Of a stretch of DNA of 64,000 nt, positions 27,201 to 42,300 are shown piece after piece. The stretch's first letter is position 1. Every line of letters begins with the position of its first letter. This DNA is from Auanema rhodensis (lineage: Eukaryota; Animalia; Nematoda): NCBI GenBank assembly GCA_964057225.1, contig OZ059896.1, forward strand, positions 1,054,001-1,118,000. Direction: 5' to 3'. The notes below the pieces were generated by a model that saw only the letters and a program-made list of their open reading frames with translations, was not told where the DNA came from and did no database searches. The position numbers and the translations under genes were made by a program.

Positions 27201-30200
27201 ATAACATTGTCCATCGTTTTTGCCTCGAAAAAAGGAATCTAAAAACATCTACTTTTCGCTAAATTATTTTGAAATTTTTCGAAAAAATTTTTGTCAAAAT
27301 GTTTTTGGAAGCAATTTTGAGTGTACATGGAAACTCAACATACACTAATGCATCATTTTTCAAACGATCATAACTAATTTTTGTATTAAGCGTTTCTCAA
27401 TGTAGTATAGTGCATTCGATGCGGATTTTTAAGCTGCGTCGATCTGTACTATCAGATTTGCGCTAGCTTGAAAATGCACCGAGATATCAACTGATATAAG
27501 TTCACACTTATATCCTCGATTTTCACCCTGAAGAATTAATTTTTTCGTTGAATAACATTGTCCATCGTTTTTACCTCGAAAAAAGGAATCTAAAAACATC
27601 TACTTTTCGCTAAATTATTTTGAAATTTTTCAAAAAAATTTTTGTCAAAATGTTTTTGGAAGCAATTTTGAGTGTACATGGAAACTCAACATACACTAAT
27701 GCATCATTTTTCAAACGATCATAACTAATTTTTGTATTAAGCGTTTCTCAATGTAGTATAGTGCATTCGATGCGGATTTTTAAGCTGCGTTGATCTGTAC
27801 TATCAGATTTGCGCTAGCTTGAAAATGCACCGAGATATCAACTGATATAAGTTCACACTTATATCCTCGATTTTCACCCTGAAGAATTAATTTTTTCGTT
27901 GAATAACATTGTCCATCGTTTTTGCCTCGAAAGAAGGAATCTAAAAACATCTACTTTTCGCTAAATTATTTTGAAATTTTTCGAAAAAATTTTTGTCAAA
28001 ATGTTTTTGGAAGCAATTTTGAGTGTACATGGAAACTCAACATACACTAATGCATCATTTTCCAAACGATCATAACTAATTTTTGTATTAAGCTTTTCTT
28101 AATGTAGTATAGTGCATTCGATGCGGATTTTTAAGCTGCGTCGATCTGTGTTATCAAATTTCCGCTAGCTTAAAAATGCACCGAGATATCAACTGATATA
28201 AGTTCACACTTATATCCTCGATTTTCACCCTGAAGAATTAATTTTTTCGTTGAATAACATTGTCCATCGTTTTTGCCTCAAAAAAAGGAATCTAAAAACA
28301 TCTACTTTTCGCTAAATTATTTTGAAATTTTTCGAAAAAATTTTTGTCAAAATGTTTTTGGAAGCAATGTTGAGTGTACATGGAAACTCAACATACACTA
28401 ATGCATCATTTTCCAAACGATCATAACTAATTTTTGTATTAAGCTTTTCTTAATGTCGTATAGTGCATTCGATGCGGATTTTTAAGCTGCGTCGATCTGT
28501 GTTATCAGATTTCCGCTAGCTTAAAAAGGCACCGAGATATCAACTGATATAAGTTCACACTTATATCCTCGATTTTCACCCTGAAGAATTAATTTTTTCG
28601 TTGAATAACATTGTCCATCGTTTCTGCCTCAAAAAAAGGAATCTGAAAACATCTACTTTTCGCTAAATTATTTTGAAATTTTTCGAAAAAATTTTTGTCA
28701 AAATGTTTTTGGAAGCAATTTTGAGTGTACATGGAAACTCAACATACACTAATGCATCATTTTTCAAACGATCATAACTAATTTTGGTATAAAGCGTTTC
28801 TCAATGTAGTATAGTGCATTCGATGCGGATTTTTAAGCTGCGTCGATCTGTGTTATCAGATTTGCGCTAGCTGAAAAATGCACCGAGATATCAACTGATA
28901 TAAGTTCACACTTATATTTTCGATTTTCACCCTGAAGAATTAATTTTTTCGTTGAATAACATTGTCCATCGTTTTTGCCTCGAAAAAAGGAATCTAAAAA
29001 CATCTACTTTTCGCTAAATTATTTTGAAATTTTTTGAAAAAATTTTTGTCAAAATGTTTTTGGAAGCAATTTTGAGTGTACATGGAAACTCAACATACAC
29101 TAATGCATCATTTTTCAAACGATCATAACTAATTTTTGTATTAAGCGTTTCTCAATGTAGTATAGTGCATTCGATGCGGATTTTTAAGCTGCGTCGATCT
29201 GTACTATCAGATTTGCGCTAGCTTGAAAATGCACCGAGATATCAACTGATATAAGTTCACACTTATATCCTCGATTTTCACCCTGAAGAATTAATTTTTT
29301 CGTTGAATAACATTGTCCATCGTTTTTGCCTCGAAAAAAGGAATCTAAAAACATCTACTTTTCGCTAAATTATTTTGAAATTTTTCGAAAAAATTTTTGT
29401 CAAAATGTTTTTGGAAGCAATTTTGAGTGTACATGGAAACTCAACATACACTAATGCATCATTTTCCAAACGATCATAACTAATTTTTGTATTAAGCTTT
29501 TCACAATGTAGTATAGTGCATTCGATGCGGATTTTTAAGCTGCGTCGATCTGTGTTATCAGATTTCCGCTAGCTTAAAAAGGCACCGAGATATCAACTGA
29601 TATAAGTTCACACTTATATCCTCGATTTTCACCCTGAAGAATTAATTTTTTCGTTGAATAACATTGTCCATCGTTTTTGCCTCAAAAAAAGGAATCTGAA
29701 AACATCTACTTTTCGCTAAATTATTTTGAAATTTTTCGAAAAAATTTTTGTCAAAATGTTTTTGGAAGCAATTTTGAGTGTACATGGAAACTCAACATAC
29801 ACTAATGCATCATTTTTCAAACGATCATAACTAATTTTGGTATAAAGCGTTTCTCAATGTAGTATAGTGCATTCGATGCGGATTTTTAAGCTGCGTCGAT
29901 CTGTGTTATCAGATTTGCGCTAGCTGAAAAATGCACCGAGATATCAACTGATATAAGTTCACACTTATATTTTCGATTTTCACCCTGAAGAATTAATTTT
30001 TTCGTTGAATAACATTGTCCATCGTTTTTGCCTCGAAAAAAGGAATCTAAAAACATCTACTTTTCGCTAAATTATTTTGAAATTTTTTGAAAAAATTTTT
30101 GTCAAAATGTTTTTGGAAGCAATTTTGAGTGTACATGGAAACTCAACATACACTAATGCATCATTTTTCAAACGATCATAACTAATTTTTGTATTAAGCG

Positions 30201-33200
30201 TTTCTCAATGTAGTATAGTGCATTCGATGCGGATTTTTAAGCTGCGTCGATCTGTACTATCAGATTTGCGCTAGCTTGAAAATGCACCGAGATATCAACT
30301 GATATAAGTTCACACTTATATCCTCGATTTTCACCCTGAAGAATTAATTTTTTCGTTGAATAACATTGTCCATCGTTTTTGCCTCGAAAAAAGGAATCTA
30401 AAAACATCTACTTTTCGCTAAATTATTTTGAAATTTTTCGAAAAAATTTTTGTCAAAATGTTTTTGGAAGCAATTTTGAGTGTACATGGAAACTCAACAT
30501 ACACTAATGCATCATTTTCCAAACGATCATAACTAATTTTTGTATTAAGCTTTTCACAATGTAGTATAGTGCATTCAATGCGGATTTTTAAGCTGCGTCG
30601 ATCTGTGTTATCAAATTTCCGCTAGCTTAAAAATGCACCGAGATATCAACTGATATAAGTTCACACTTATATCCTCGATTTTCACCCTGAAGAATTAATT
30701 TTTTCGTTGAATAACATTGTCCATCGTTTTTGCCTCGAAAAAAGGAATCTAAAAACATCTACTTTTCGCTAAATTATTTTGAAATTTTTCGAAAAAATTT
30801 TTGTCAAAATGTTTTTGGAAGCAATTTTGAGTGTACATGGAAACTCAACATACACTAATGCATCATTTTTCAAACGATCATAACTAATTTTTGTATTAAG
30901 CGTTTCTCAATGTAGTATAGTGCATTCGATGCGGATTTTTAAGCTGCGTCGATCTGTACTATCAGATTTGCGCTAGCTTGAAAATGCACCGAGATATCAA
31001 CTGATATAAGTTCACACTTATATCCTCGATTTTCACCCTGAAGAATTAATTTTTTCGTTGAATAACATTGTCCATCGTTTTTACCTCGAAAAAAGGAATC
31101 TAAAAACATCTACTTTTCGCTAAATTATTTTGAAATTTTTCGAAAAAATTTTTGTCAAAATGTTTTTGGAAGCAATTTTGAGTGTACATGGAAACTCAAC
31201 ATACACTAATGCATCATTTTTCAAACGATCATAACTAATTTTTGTATTAAGCGTTTCTCAATGTAGTATAGTGCATTCGATGCGGATTTTTAAGCTGCGT
31301 TGATCTGTACTATCAGATTTGCGCTAGCTTGAAAATGCACCGAGATATCAACTGATATAAGTTCACACTTATATCCTCGATTTTCACCCTGAAGAATTAA
31401 TTTTTTCGTTGAATAACATTGTCCATCGTTTTTGCCTCGAAAAAAGGAATCTAAAAACATCTACTTTTCGCTAAATTATTTTGAAATTTTTCGAAAAAAT
31501 TTTTGTCAAAATGTTTTTGGAAGCAATTTTGAGTGTACATGGAAACTCAACATACACTAATGCATCATTTTCCAAACGATCATAACTAATTTTTGTATTA
31601 AGCTTTTCACAATGTAGTATAGTGCATTCAATGCGGATTTTTAAGCTGCGTCGATCTGTGTTATCAAATTTCCGCTAGCTTAAAAATGCACCGAGATATC
31701 AACTGATATAAGTTCACACTTATATCCTCGATTTTCACCCTGAAGAATTAATTTTTTCGTTGAATAACATTGTCCATCGTTTTTGCCTCGAAAAAAGGAA
31801 TCTAAAAACATCTACTTTTCGCTAAATTATTTTGAAATTTTTCGAAAAAATTTTTGTCAAAATGTTTTTGGAAGCAATTTTGAGTGTACATGGAAACTCA
31901 ACATACACTAATGCATCATTTTTCAAACGATCATAACTAATTTTTGTATTAAGCGTTTCTCAATGTAGTATAGTGCATTCGATGCGGATTTTTAAGCTGC
32001 GTCGATCTGTACTATCAGATTTGCGCTAGCTTGAAAATGCACCGAGATATCAACTGATATAAGTTCACACTTATATCCTCGATTTTCACCCTGAAGAATT
32101 AATTTTTTCGTTGAATAACATTGTCCATCGTTTTTACCTCGAAAAAAGGAATCTAAAAACATCTACTTTTCGCTAAATTATTTTGAAATTTTTCGAAAAA
32201 ATTTTTGTCAAAATGTTTTTGGAAGCAATTTTGAGTGTACATGGAAACTCAACATACACTAATGCATCATTTTTCAAACGATCATAACTAATTTTTGTAT
32301 TAAGCGTTTCTCAATGTAGTATAGTGCATTCGATGCGGATTTTTAAGCTGCGTCGATCTGTACTATCAGATTTGCGCTAGCTTGAAAATGCACCGAGATA
32401 TCAACTGATATAAGTTCACACTTATATCCTCGATTTTCACCCTGAAGAATTAATTTTTTCGTTGAATAACATTGTCCATCGTTTTTGCCTCGAAAGAAGG
32501 AATCTAAAAACATCTACTTTTCGCTAAATTATTTTGAAATTTTTCGAAAAAATTTTTGTCAAAATGTTTTTGGAAGCAATTTTGAGTGTACATGGAAACT
32601 CAACATACACTAATGCATCATTTTCCAAACGATCATAACTAATTTTTGTATTAAGCTTTTCTTAATGTAGTATAGTGCATTCGATGCGGATTTTTAAGCT
32701 GCGTCGATCTGTGTTATCAAATTTCCGCTAGCTTAAAAATGCACCGAGATATCAACTGATATAAGTTCACACTTATATCCTCGATTTTCACCCTGAAGAA
32801 TTAATTTTTTCGTTGAATAACATTGTCCATCGTTTTTGCCTCAAAAAAAGGAATCTGAAAACATCTACTTTTCGCTAAATTATTTTGAAATTTTTCGAAA
32901 AAATTTTTGTCAAAATGTTTTTGGAAGCAATTTTGAGTGTACATGGAAACTCAACATACACTAATGCATCATTTTTCAAACGATCATAACTAATTTTGGT
33001 ATGAAGCGTTTCTCAATGTAGTATAGTGCATTCGATGCGGATTTTTAAGCTGCGTCGATCTGTGTTATCAGATTTGCGCTAGCTGAAAAATGCACCGAGA
33101 TATCAACTGATATAAGTTCACACTTATATTTTCGATTTTCACCCTGAAGAATTAATTTTTTCGTTGAATAACATTGTCCATCGTTTTTGCCTCGAAAAAA

Positions 33201-33338
33201 GGAATCTAAAAACATCTACTTTTCGCTAAATTATTTTGAAATTTTCGAAAAAATTTTTGTCAAAATGTTTTTGGAAGCAATGTTGAGTGTACATGGAAAC
33301 TCAACATACACTAATGCATCATTTTTCAAACGATCATA
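18252..33338 (+). repeat. Array domain 2 (M53-M95): dimeric and trimeric higher-order repeats
   Basis: Characteristic variants are GTGTTATCAAATTTCC (AC76-77GT, G83A, G88C), G20T (creates HindIII AAGCTT), T25A with G46A, G201A and a 1-bp deletion in AATTAATT. The right boundary is gradual. Confidence 0.75.
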
Positions 33339-36300
33339 ACTAATTTTTGTATTAAGCGTTTCTCAATGTAGTATAGTGCATTCGATGCGGATTTTTAAGC
33401 TGCGTCGATCTGTACTATCAGATTTGCGCTAGCTTGAAAATGCACCGAGATATGAACTGATATAAGTTCACACTTATATCCTCGATTTTCACCCTGAAGA
33501 ATTAATTTTTTCGTTGAATTACATTGTCCTTCGTTTTTGCCTTGAAAAAAAGAATCTAAAAACATCTACTTTTCGCTAAATTATTTTGAAATTTTTCGAA
33601 AAAATTTTTGTCAAAATGTTTTTGGAAGCAATGTTGAGTGTACATGGAAACTCAACATACACTAATGCATCATTTTTCAAACGATCATAACTAATTTTTG
33701 TATCAAGCGTTTCTCAATGTAGTATAGTGCATTCGATGCGGATTTTTAAGCTGCGTCGATCTGTGTTATCAGATTTCCGCTAGCTTAAAAAGGCACCGAG
33801 ATATCAACTGATATAAATTCACACTTATATCCTCGATTTTCACCCTGAAGAATTAATTTTTTCGTTGAATAACATTGTCCATCGTTTTTGCCTCGAAAAA
33901 AGGAATCTAAAAACATCTACTTTTCGCTAAATTATTTTGAAATTTTTTGAAAAAATTTTTGTCAAAATGTTTTTGGAAGCAATTTTGAGTGTACATGGAA
34001 ACTCAACATACACTAATGCATCATTTTTCAAACGATCATAACTAATTTTTGTATTAAGCGTTTCTCAATGTAGTATAGTGCATTCGATGCGGATTTTTAA
34101 GCTGCGTCGATCTGTACTATCAGATTTGCGCTAGCTTGAAAATGCACCGAGATATCAACTGATATAAGTTCACACCTATATCCTCGATTTTCACCCTGAA
34201 GAATTAATTTTTTCGTTGAATAACATTGTCCATCGTTTTTGCCTTGAAAAAAGGAATCTAAAAACATCTACTTTTCGCTAAATTATTTTGAAATTTTTTG
34301 AAAAAATTTTTGTCAAAATGTTTTTGGAAGCAATTTTGAGTGTACATGGAAACTCAACATACACTAATGCATCATTTTTCAAACGATCATAACTAATTTT
34401 TGTATTAAGCGTTTCTCAATGTAGTATAGTGCATTCGATGCGGATTTTTAAGCTGCGTCGATCTGTACTATCAGATTTGCGCTAGCTTGAAAATGCACCG
34501 AGATATGAACTGATATAAGTTCACACTTATATCCTCGATTTTCACCCTGAAGAATTAATTTTTTCGTTGAATAACATTGTCCATCGTTTTTGCCTCGAAA
34601 AAAGGAATCTAAAAACATCTACTTTTTGCTAAATTATTTTGAAATTTTTCGAAAAAATTTTTGTCAAAATGTTTTTGGAAGCAATTTTGAGTGTACATGG
34701 AAACTCAACATACACTAATGCATCATTTTTCAAACGATCATAACTAATTTTTGTATTAAGCGTTTCTCAATGTAGTATAGTGCATTCGATGCGGATTTTT
34801 AAGCTGCGTCGATCTGTGTTATCAGATTTCCGCTAGCTTAAAAAGGCACCGAGATATCAACTGATATAAGTTCACACTTATATCCTCGATTTTCACCCTG
34901 AAGAATTAATTTTTTCGTTGAATAACATTGTCCATCGTTTTTGCCTCAAAAAAAGGAATCTGAAAACATCTACTTTTCGCTAAATTATTTTGAAATTTTT
35001 CGAAAAAATTTTTGTCAAAATGTTTTTGGAAGCAATTTTGAGTGTACATGGAAACTCAACATACACTAATGCATCATTTTTCAAACGATCATAACTAATT
35101 TTGGTATAAAGCGTTTCTCAATGTAGTATAGTGCATTCGATGCGGATTTTTAAGCTGCGTCGATCTGTACTATCAGATTTGCGCTAGCTTGAAAATGCAC
35201 CGAGATATGAACTGATATATGTTCACACTTATATCCTCGATTTTCACCCTGAAGAATTAATTTTTTCGTTGAATAACATTGTCCATCGTTTTTGCCTCGA
35301 AAAAAGGAATCTAAAAACATCTACTTTTCGCTAAATTATTTTGAAATTTTTCGAAAAAATTTTTGTCAAAATGTTTTTGGAAGCAATTTTGAGTGTACAT
35401 GGAAACTCAACATACACTAATGCATCATTTTTCAAACGATCATAACTAATTTTTGTATTAAGCGTTTCTCAATGTAGTATAGTGCATTCGATGCGGATTT
35501 TTAAGCTGCGTCGATCTGTACTATCAGATTTGCGCTAGCTTGAAAATGCACCGAGATATCAACTGATATAAGTTCACACCTATATCCTCGATTTTCACCC
35601 TGAAGAATTAATTTTTTCGTTGAATAACATTGTCCATCGTTTTTGCCTTGAAAAAAGGAATCTAAAAACATCTACTTTTCGCTAAATTATTTTGAAATTT
35701 TTTGAAAAAATTTTTGTCAAAATGTTTTTGGAAGCAATTTTGAGTGTACATGGAAACTCAACATACACTAATGCATCATTTTTCAAACGATCATAACTAA
35801 TTTTTGTATTAAGCGTTTCTCAATGTAGTATAGTGCATTCGATGCGGATTTTTAAGCTGCGTCGATCTGTACTATCAGATTTGCGCTAGCTTGAAAATGC
35901 ACCGAGATATCAACTGATATAAGTTCACACCTATATCCTCGATTTTCACCCTGAAGAATTAATTTTTTCGTTGAATAACATTGTCCATCGTTTTTGCCTT
36001 GAAAAAAGGAATCTAAAAACATCTACTTTTCGCTAAATTATTTTGAAATTTTTTGAAAAAATTTTTGTCAAAATGTTTTTGGAAGCAATTTTGAGTGTAC
36101 ATGGAAACTCAACATACACTAATGCATCATTTTTCAAACGATCATAACTAATTTTTGTATTAAGCGTTTCTCAATGTAGTATAGTGCATTCGATGCGGAT
36201 TTTTAAGCTGCGTCGATCTGTACTATCAGATTTGCGCTAGCTTGAAAATGCACCGAGATATCAACTGATATAAGTTCACACTTATATCCTCGATTTTCAC

Positions 36301-39300
36301 CCTATAGAATTAATTTTTTCGTTGAATAACATTGTCCATCGTTTTTGCCTCGGAAAAAGGAATTTAAAAACATCTACTTTTCGCTAAATTATTTTGAAAT
36401 TTTTCGAAAAAATTTTTGTCAAAATGTTTTTGGAAGCAATTTTGAGTGTACATGGAAACTCAACATACACTAATGCATCATTTTTCAAACGATCATAACT
36501 AATTTTTGTATTAAGCGTTTCTCAATGTAGTATAGTGCATTCGATGCGGATTTTTAAGCTGCGTCGATCTGTACTATCACATTTGCGCTAGCTTGAAAAT
36601 GCACCGAGATATCAACTGATATAAGTTCACACCTATATCCTCGATTTTCACCCTGAAGAATTAATTTTTTCGTTGAATAACATTGTCCATCGTTTTTGCC
36701 TTGAAAAAAGGAATCTAAAAACATCTACTTTTCGCTAAATTATTTTGAAATTTTTTGAAAAAATTTTTGTCAAAATGTTTTTGGAAGCAATTTTGAGTGT
36801 ACATGGAAACTCAACATACACTAATGCATCATTTTTCAAACGATCATAACTAATTTTTGTATTAAGCGTTTCTCAATGTAGTATAGTGCATTCGATGCGG
36901 ATTTTTAAGCTGCGTCGATCTGTACTATCAGATTTGCGCTAGCTTGAAAATGCACCGAGATATGAACTGATATAAGTTCACACTTATATCCTCGATTTTC
37001 ACCCTGAAGAATTAATTTTTTCGTTGAATAACATTGTCCATCGTTTTTGCCTCGAAAAAAGGAATCTAAAAACATCTACTTTTCGCTAAATTATTTTGAA
37101 ATTTTTCGAAAAAATTTTTGTCAAAATGTTTTTGGAAGCAATTTTGAGTGTACATGGAAACTCAACATACACTAATGCATCATTTTTCAAACGATCATAA
37201 CTAATTTTTGTATTAAGCGTTTCTCAATGTAGTATAGTGCATTCGATGCGGATTTTTAAGCTGCGTCGATCTGTACTATCAGATTTGCGCTAGCTTGAAA
37301 ATGCACCGAGATATCAACTGATATAAGTTCACACCTATATCCTCGATTTTCACCCTGAAGAATTAATTTTTTCGTTGAATAACATTGTCCATCGTTTTTG
37401 CCTCGAAAAAAGGAATCTAAAAACATCTACTTTTCGCTAAATTATTTTGAAATTTTTCGAAAAAATTTTTGTCAAAATGTTTTTGGAAGCAATTTTGAGT
37501 GTACATGGAAACTCAACATACACTAATGCATCATTTTTCAAACGATCATAACTAATTTTTGTATTAAGCGTTTCTCAATGTAGTATAGTGCATTCGATGC
37601 GGATTTTTAAGCTGCGTCGATCTGTACTATCAGATTTGCGCTAGCTTGAAAATGCACCGAGATATCAACTGATATAAGTTCACACCTATATCCTCGATTT
37701 TCACCCTGAAGAATTAATTTTTTCGTTGAATAACATTGTCCATCGTTTTTGCCTTGAAAAAAGGAATCTAAAAACATCTACTTTTCGCTAAATTATTTTG
37801 AAATTTTTTGAAAAAATTTTTGTCAAAATGTTTTTGGAAGCAATTTTGAGTGTACATGGAAACTCAACATACACTAATGCATCATTTTTCAAACGATCAT
37901 AACTAATTTTTGTATTAAGCGTTTCTCAATGTAGTATAGTGCATTCGATGCGGATTTTTAAGCTGCGTCGATCTGTACTATCAGATTTGCGCTAGCTTGA
38001 AAATGCACCGAGATATGAACTGATATAAGTTCACACTTATATCCTCGATTTTCACCCTGAAGAATTAATTTTTTCGTTGAATAACATTGTCCATCGTTTT
38101 TGCCTCGAAAAAAGGAATCTAAAAACATCTACTTTTCGCTAAATTATTTTGAAATTTTTCGAAAAAATTTTTGTCAAAATGTTTTTGGAAGCAATTTTGA
38201 GTGTACATGGAAACTCAACATACACTAATGCATCATTTTTCAAACGATCATAACTAATTTTTGTATTAAGCGTTTCTCAATGTAGTATAGTGCATTCGAT
38301 GCGGATTTTTAAGCTGCGTCGATCTGTACTATCAGATTTGCGCTAGCTTGAAAATGCACCGAGATATCAACTGATATAAGTTCACACCTATATCCTCGAT
38401 TTTCACCCTGAAGAATTAATTTTTTCGTTGAATAACATTGTCCATCGTTTTTGCCTTGAAAAAAGGAATCTAAAAACATCTACTTTTCGCTAAATTATTT
38501 TGAAATTTTTTGAAAAAATTTTTGTCAAAATGTTTTTGGAAGCAATTTTGAGTGTACATGGAAACTCAACATACACTAATGCATCATTTTTCAAACGATC
38601 ATAACTAATTTTTGTATTAAGCGTTTCTCAATGTAGTATAGTGCATTCGATGCGGATTTTTAAGCTGCGTCGATCTGTACTATCAGATTTGCGCTAGCTT
38701 GAAAATGCACCGAGATATCAACTGATATAAGTTCACACTTATATCCTCGATTTTCACCCTATAGAATTAATTTTTTCGTTGAATAACATTGTCCATCGTT
38801 TTTGCCTCGAAAAAAGGAATCTAAAAACATCTACTTTTCGCTAAATTATTTTGAAATTTTTCGAAAAAATTTTTGTCAAAATGTTTTTGGAAGCAATTTT
38901 GAGTGTACATGGAAACTCAACATACACTAATGCATCATTTTTCAAACGATCATAACTAATTTTTGTATTAAGCGTTTCTCAATGTAGTATAGTGCATTCG
39001 ATGCGGATTTTTAAGCTGCGTCGATCTGTACTATCAGATTTGCGCTAGCTTGAAAATGCACCGAGATATCAACTGATATAAGTTCACACCTATATCCTCG
39101 ATTTTCACCCTGAAGAATTAATTTTTTCGTTGAATAACATTGTCCATCGTTTTTGCCTTGAAAAAAGAAATCTAAAAACATCTACTTTTCGCTAAATTAT
39201 TTTGAAATTTTTTGAAAAAATTTTTGTCAAAATGTTTTTGGAAGCAATTTTGAGTGTACATGGAAACTCAACATACACTAATGCATCATTTTTCAAACGA

Positions 39301-42300
39301 TCATAACTAATTTTTGTATTAAGCGTTTCTCAATGTAGTATAGTGCATTCGATGCGGATTTTTAAGCTGCGTCGATCTGTACTATCAGATTTGCGCTAGC
39401 TTGAAAATGCACCGAGATATGAACTGATATAAGTTCACACTTATATCCTCGATTTTCACCCTGAAGAATTAATTTTTTCGTTGAATAACATTGTCCATCG
39501 TTTTTGCCTCGAAAAAAGGAATCTAAAAACATCTACTTTTCGCTAAATTATTTTGAAATTTTTCGAAAAAATTTTTGTCAAAATGTTTTTGGAAGCAATT
39601 TTGAGTGTACATGGAAACTCAACATACACTAATGCATCATTTTTCAAACGATCATAACTAATTTTTGTATTAAGCGTTTCTCAATGTAGTATAGTGCATT
39701 CGATGCGGATTTTTAAGCTGCGTCGATCTGTACTATCAGATTTGCGCTAGCTTGAAAATGCACCGAGATATCAACTGATATAAGTTCACACCTATATCCT
39801 CGATTTTCACCCTGAAGAATTAATTTTTTCGTTGAATAACATTGTCCATCGTTTTTGCCTTGAAAAAAGGAATCTAAAAACATCTACTTTTCGCTAAATT
39901 ATTTTGAAATTTTTTGAAAAAATTTTTGTCAAAATGTTTTTGGAAGCAATTTTGAGTGTACGTGGAAACTCAACATACACTAATGCATCATTTTTCAAAC
40001 GATCATAACTAATTTTTGTATTAAGCGTTTCTCAATGTAGTATAGTGCATTCGATGCGGATTTTTAAGCTGCGTCGATCTGTACTATCAGATTTGCGCTA
40101 GCTTGAAAATGCACCGAGATATCAACTGATATAAGTTCACACTTATATCCTCGATTTTCACCCTATAGAATTAATTTTTTCGTTGAATAACATTGTCCAT
40201 CGTTTTTGCCTCGAAAAAGGGAATCTAAAAACATCTACTTTTCGCTAAATTATTTTGAAATTTTTCGAAAAAATTTTTGTCAAAATGTTTTTGGAAGCAA
40301 TTTTGAGTGTACATGGAAACTCAACATACACTAATGCATCATTTTTCAAACGATCATAACTAATTTTTGTATTAAGCGTTTCTCAATGTAGTATAGTGCA
40401 TTCGATGCGGATTTTTAAGCTGCGTCGACCTGTACTATCAGATTTGCGCTAGCTTGAAAATGCACCGAGATATCAACTGATATAAGTTCACACTTATATC
40501 CTCGATTTTCACCCTGAAGAATTAATTTTTTCGTTGAATAACATTGTCCATCGTTTTTGCCTTGAAAAAAGGAATCTAAAAACATCTACTTTTCGCTAAA
40601 TTATTTTGAAATTTTTTGAAAAAATTTTTGTCAAAATGTTTTTGGAAGCAATTTTGAGTGTACATGGAAACTCAACATACACTAATGCATCATTTTTCAA
40701 ACGATCATAACTAATTTTTGTATTAAGCGTTTCTCAATGTAGTATAGTGCATTCGATGCGGATTTTTAAGCTGCGTCGATCTGTGTTATCAGATTTCCGC
40801 TAGCTTAAAAAGGCACCGAGATATCAACTGATATAAGTTCACACTTATATCCTCGATTTTCACCCTGAAGAATTAATTTTTTCGTTGAATAACATTGTCC
40901 ATCGTTTTTGCCTCAAAAAAAGGAATCTGAAAACATCTACTTTTCGCTAAATTATTTTGAAATTTTTCGAAAAAATTTTTGTCAAAATGTTTTTGGAAGC
41001 AATTTTGAGTGTACATGGAAACTCAACATACACTAATGCATCATTTTTCAAACGATCATAACTAATTTTGGTATAAAGCGTTTCTCAATGTAGTATAGTG
41101 CATTCGATGCGGATTTTTAAGCTGCGTCGATCTGTACTATCAGATTTGCGCTAGCTTGAAAATGCACCGAGATATGAACTGATATAAGTTCACACTTATA
41201 TCCTCGATTTTCACCCTGAAGAATTAATTTTTTCGTTGAATAACATTGTCCATCGTTTTTGCCTCGAAAAAAGGAATCTAAAAACATCTACTTTTCGCTA
41301 AATTATTTTGAAATTTTTCGAAAAAATTTTTGTCAAAATGTTTTTGGAAGCAATTTTGAGTGTACATGGAAACTCAACATACACTAATGCATCATTTTTC
41401 AAACGATCATAACTAATTTTTGTATTAAGCGTTTCTCAATGTAGTATAGTGCATTCGATGCGGATTTTTAAGCTGCGTCGATCTGTACTATCAGATTTGC
41501 GCTAGCTTGAAAATGCACCGAGATATCAACTGATATAAGTTCACACTTATATCCTCGATTTTCACCCTATAGAATTAATTTTTTCGTTGAATAACATTGT
41601 CCATCGTTTTTGCCTCGAAAAAAGGAATCTAAAAACATCTACTTTTCGCTAAATTATTTTGAAATTTTTTGAAAAAATTTTTGTCAAAATGTTTTTGGAA
41701 GCAATTTTGAGTGTACATGGAAACTCAACATACACTAATGCATCATTTTTCAAACGATCATAACTAATTTTTGTATTAAGCGTTTCTTAATGTAGTATAG
41801 TGCATTCGATGCGGATTTTTAAGCTGCGTCGATCTGTACTATCAGATTTGCGCTAGCTTGAAAATGCACCGAGATATCAACTGATATAAGTTCACACTTA
41901 TATCCTCGATTTTCACCCTATAGAATTAATTTTTTCGTTGAATAACATTGTCCATCGTTTTTGCCTCGAAAAAAGGAATCTAAAAACATCTACTTTTCGC
42001 TAAATTATTTTGAAATTTTTTGAAAAAATTTTTGTCAAAATGTTTTTGGAAGCAATTTTGAGTGTACATGGAAACTCAACATACACTAATGCATCATTTT
42101 TCAAACGATCATAACTAATTTTTGTATTAAGCGTTTCTCAATGTAGTATAGTGCATTCGATGCGGATTTTTAAGCTGCGTCGATCTGTGTTATCAGATTT
42201 CCGCTAGCTTAAAAAGGCACCGAGATATCAACTGATATAAGTTCACACTTATATCCTCGATTTTCACCCTGAAGAATTAATTTTTTCGTTGAATAACATT

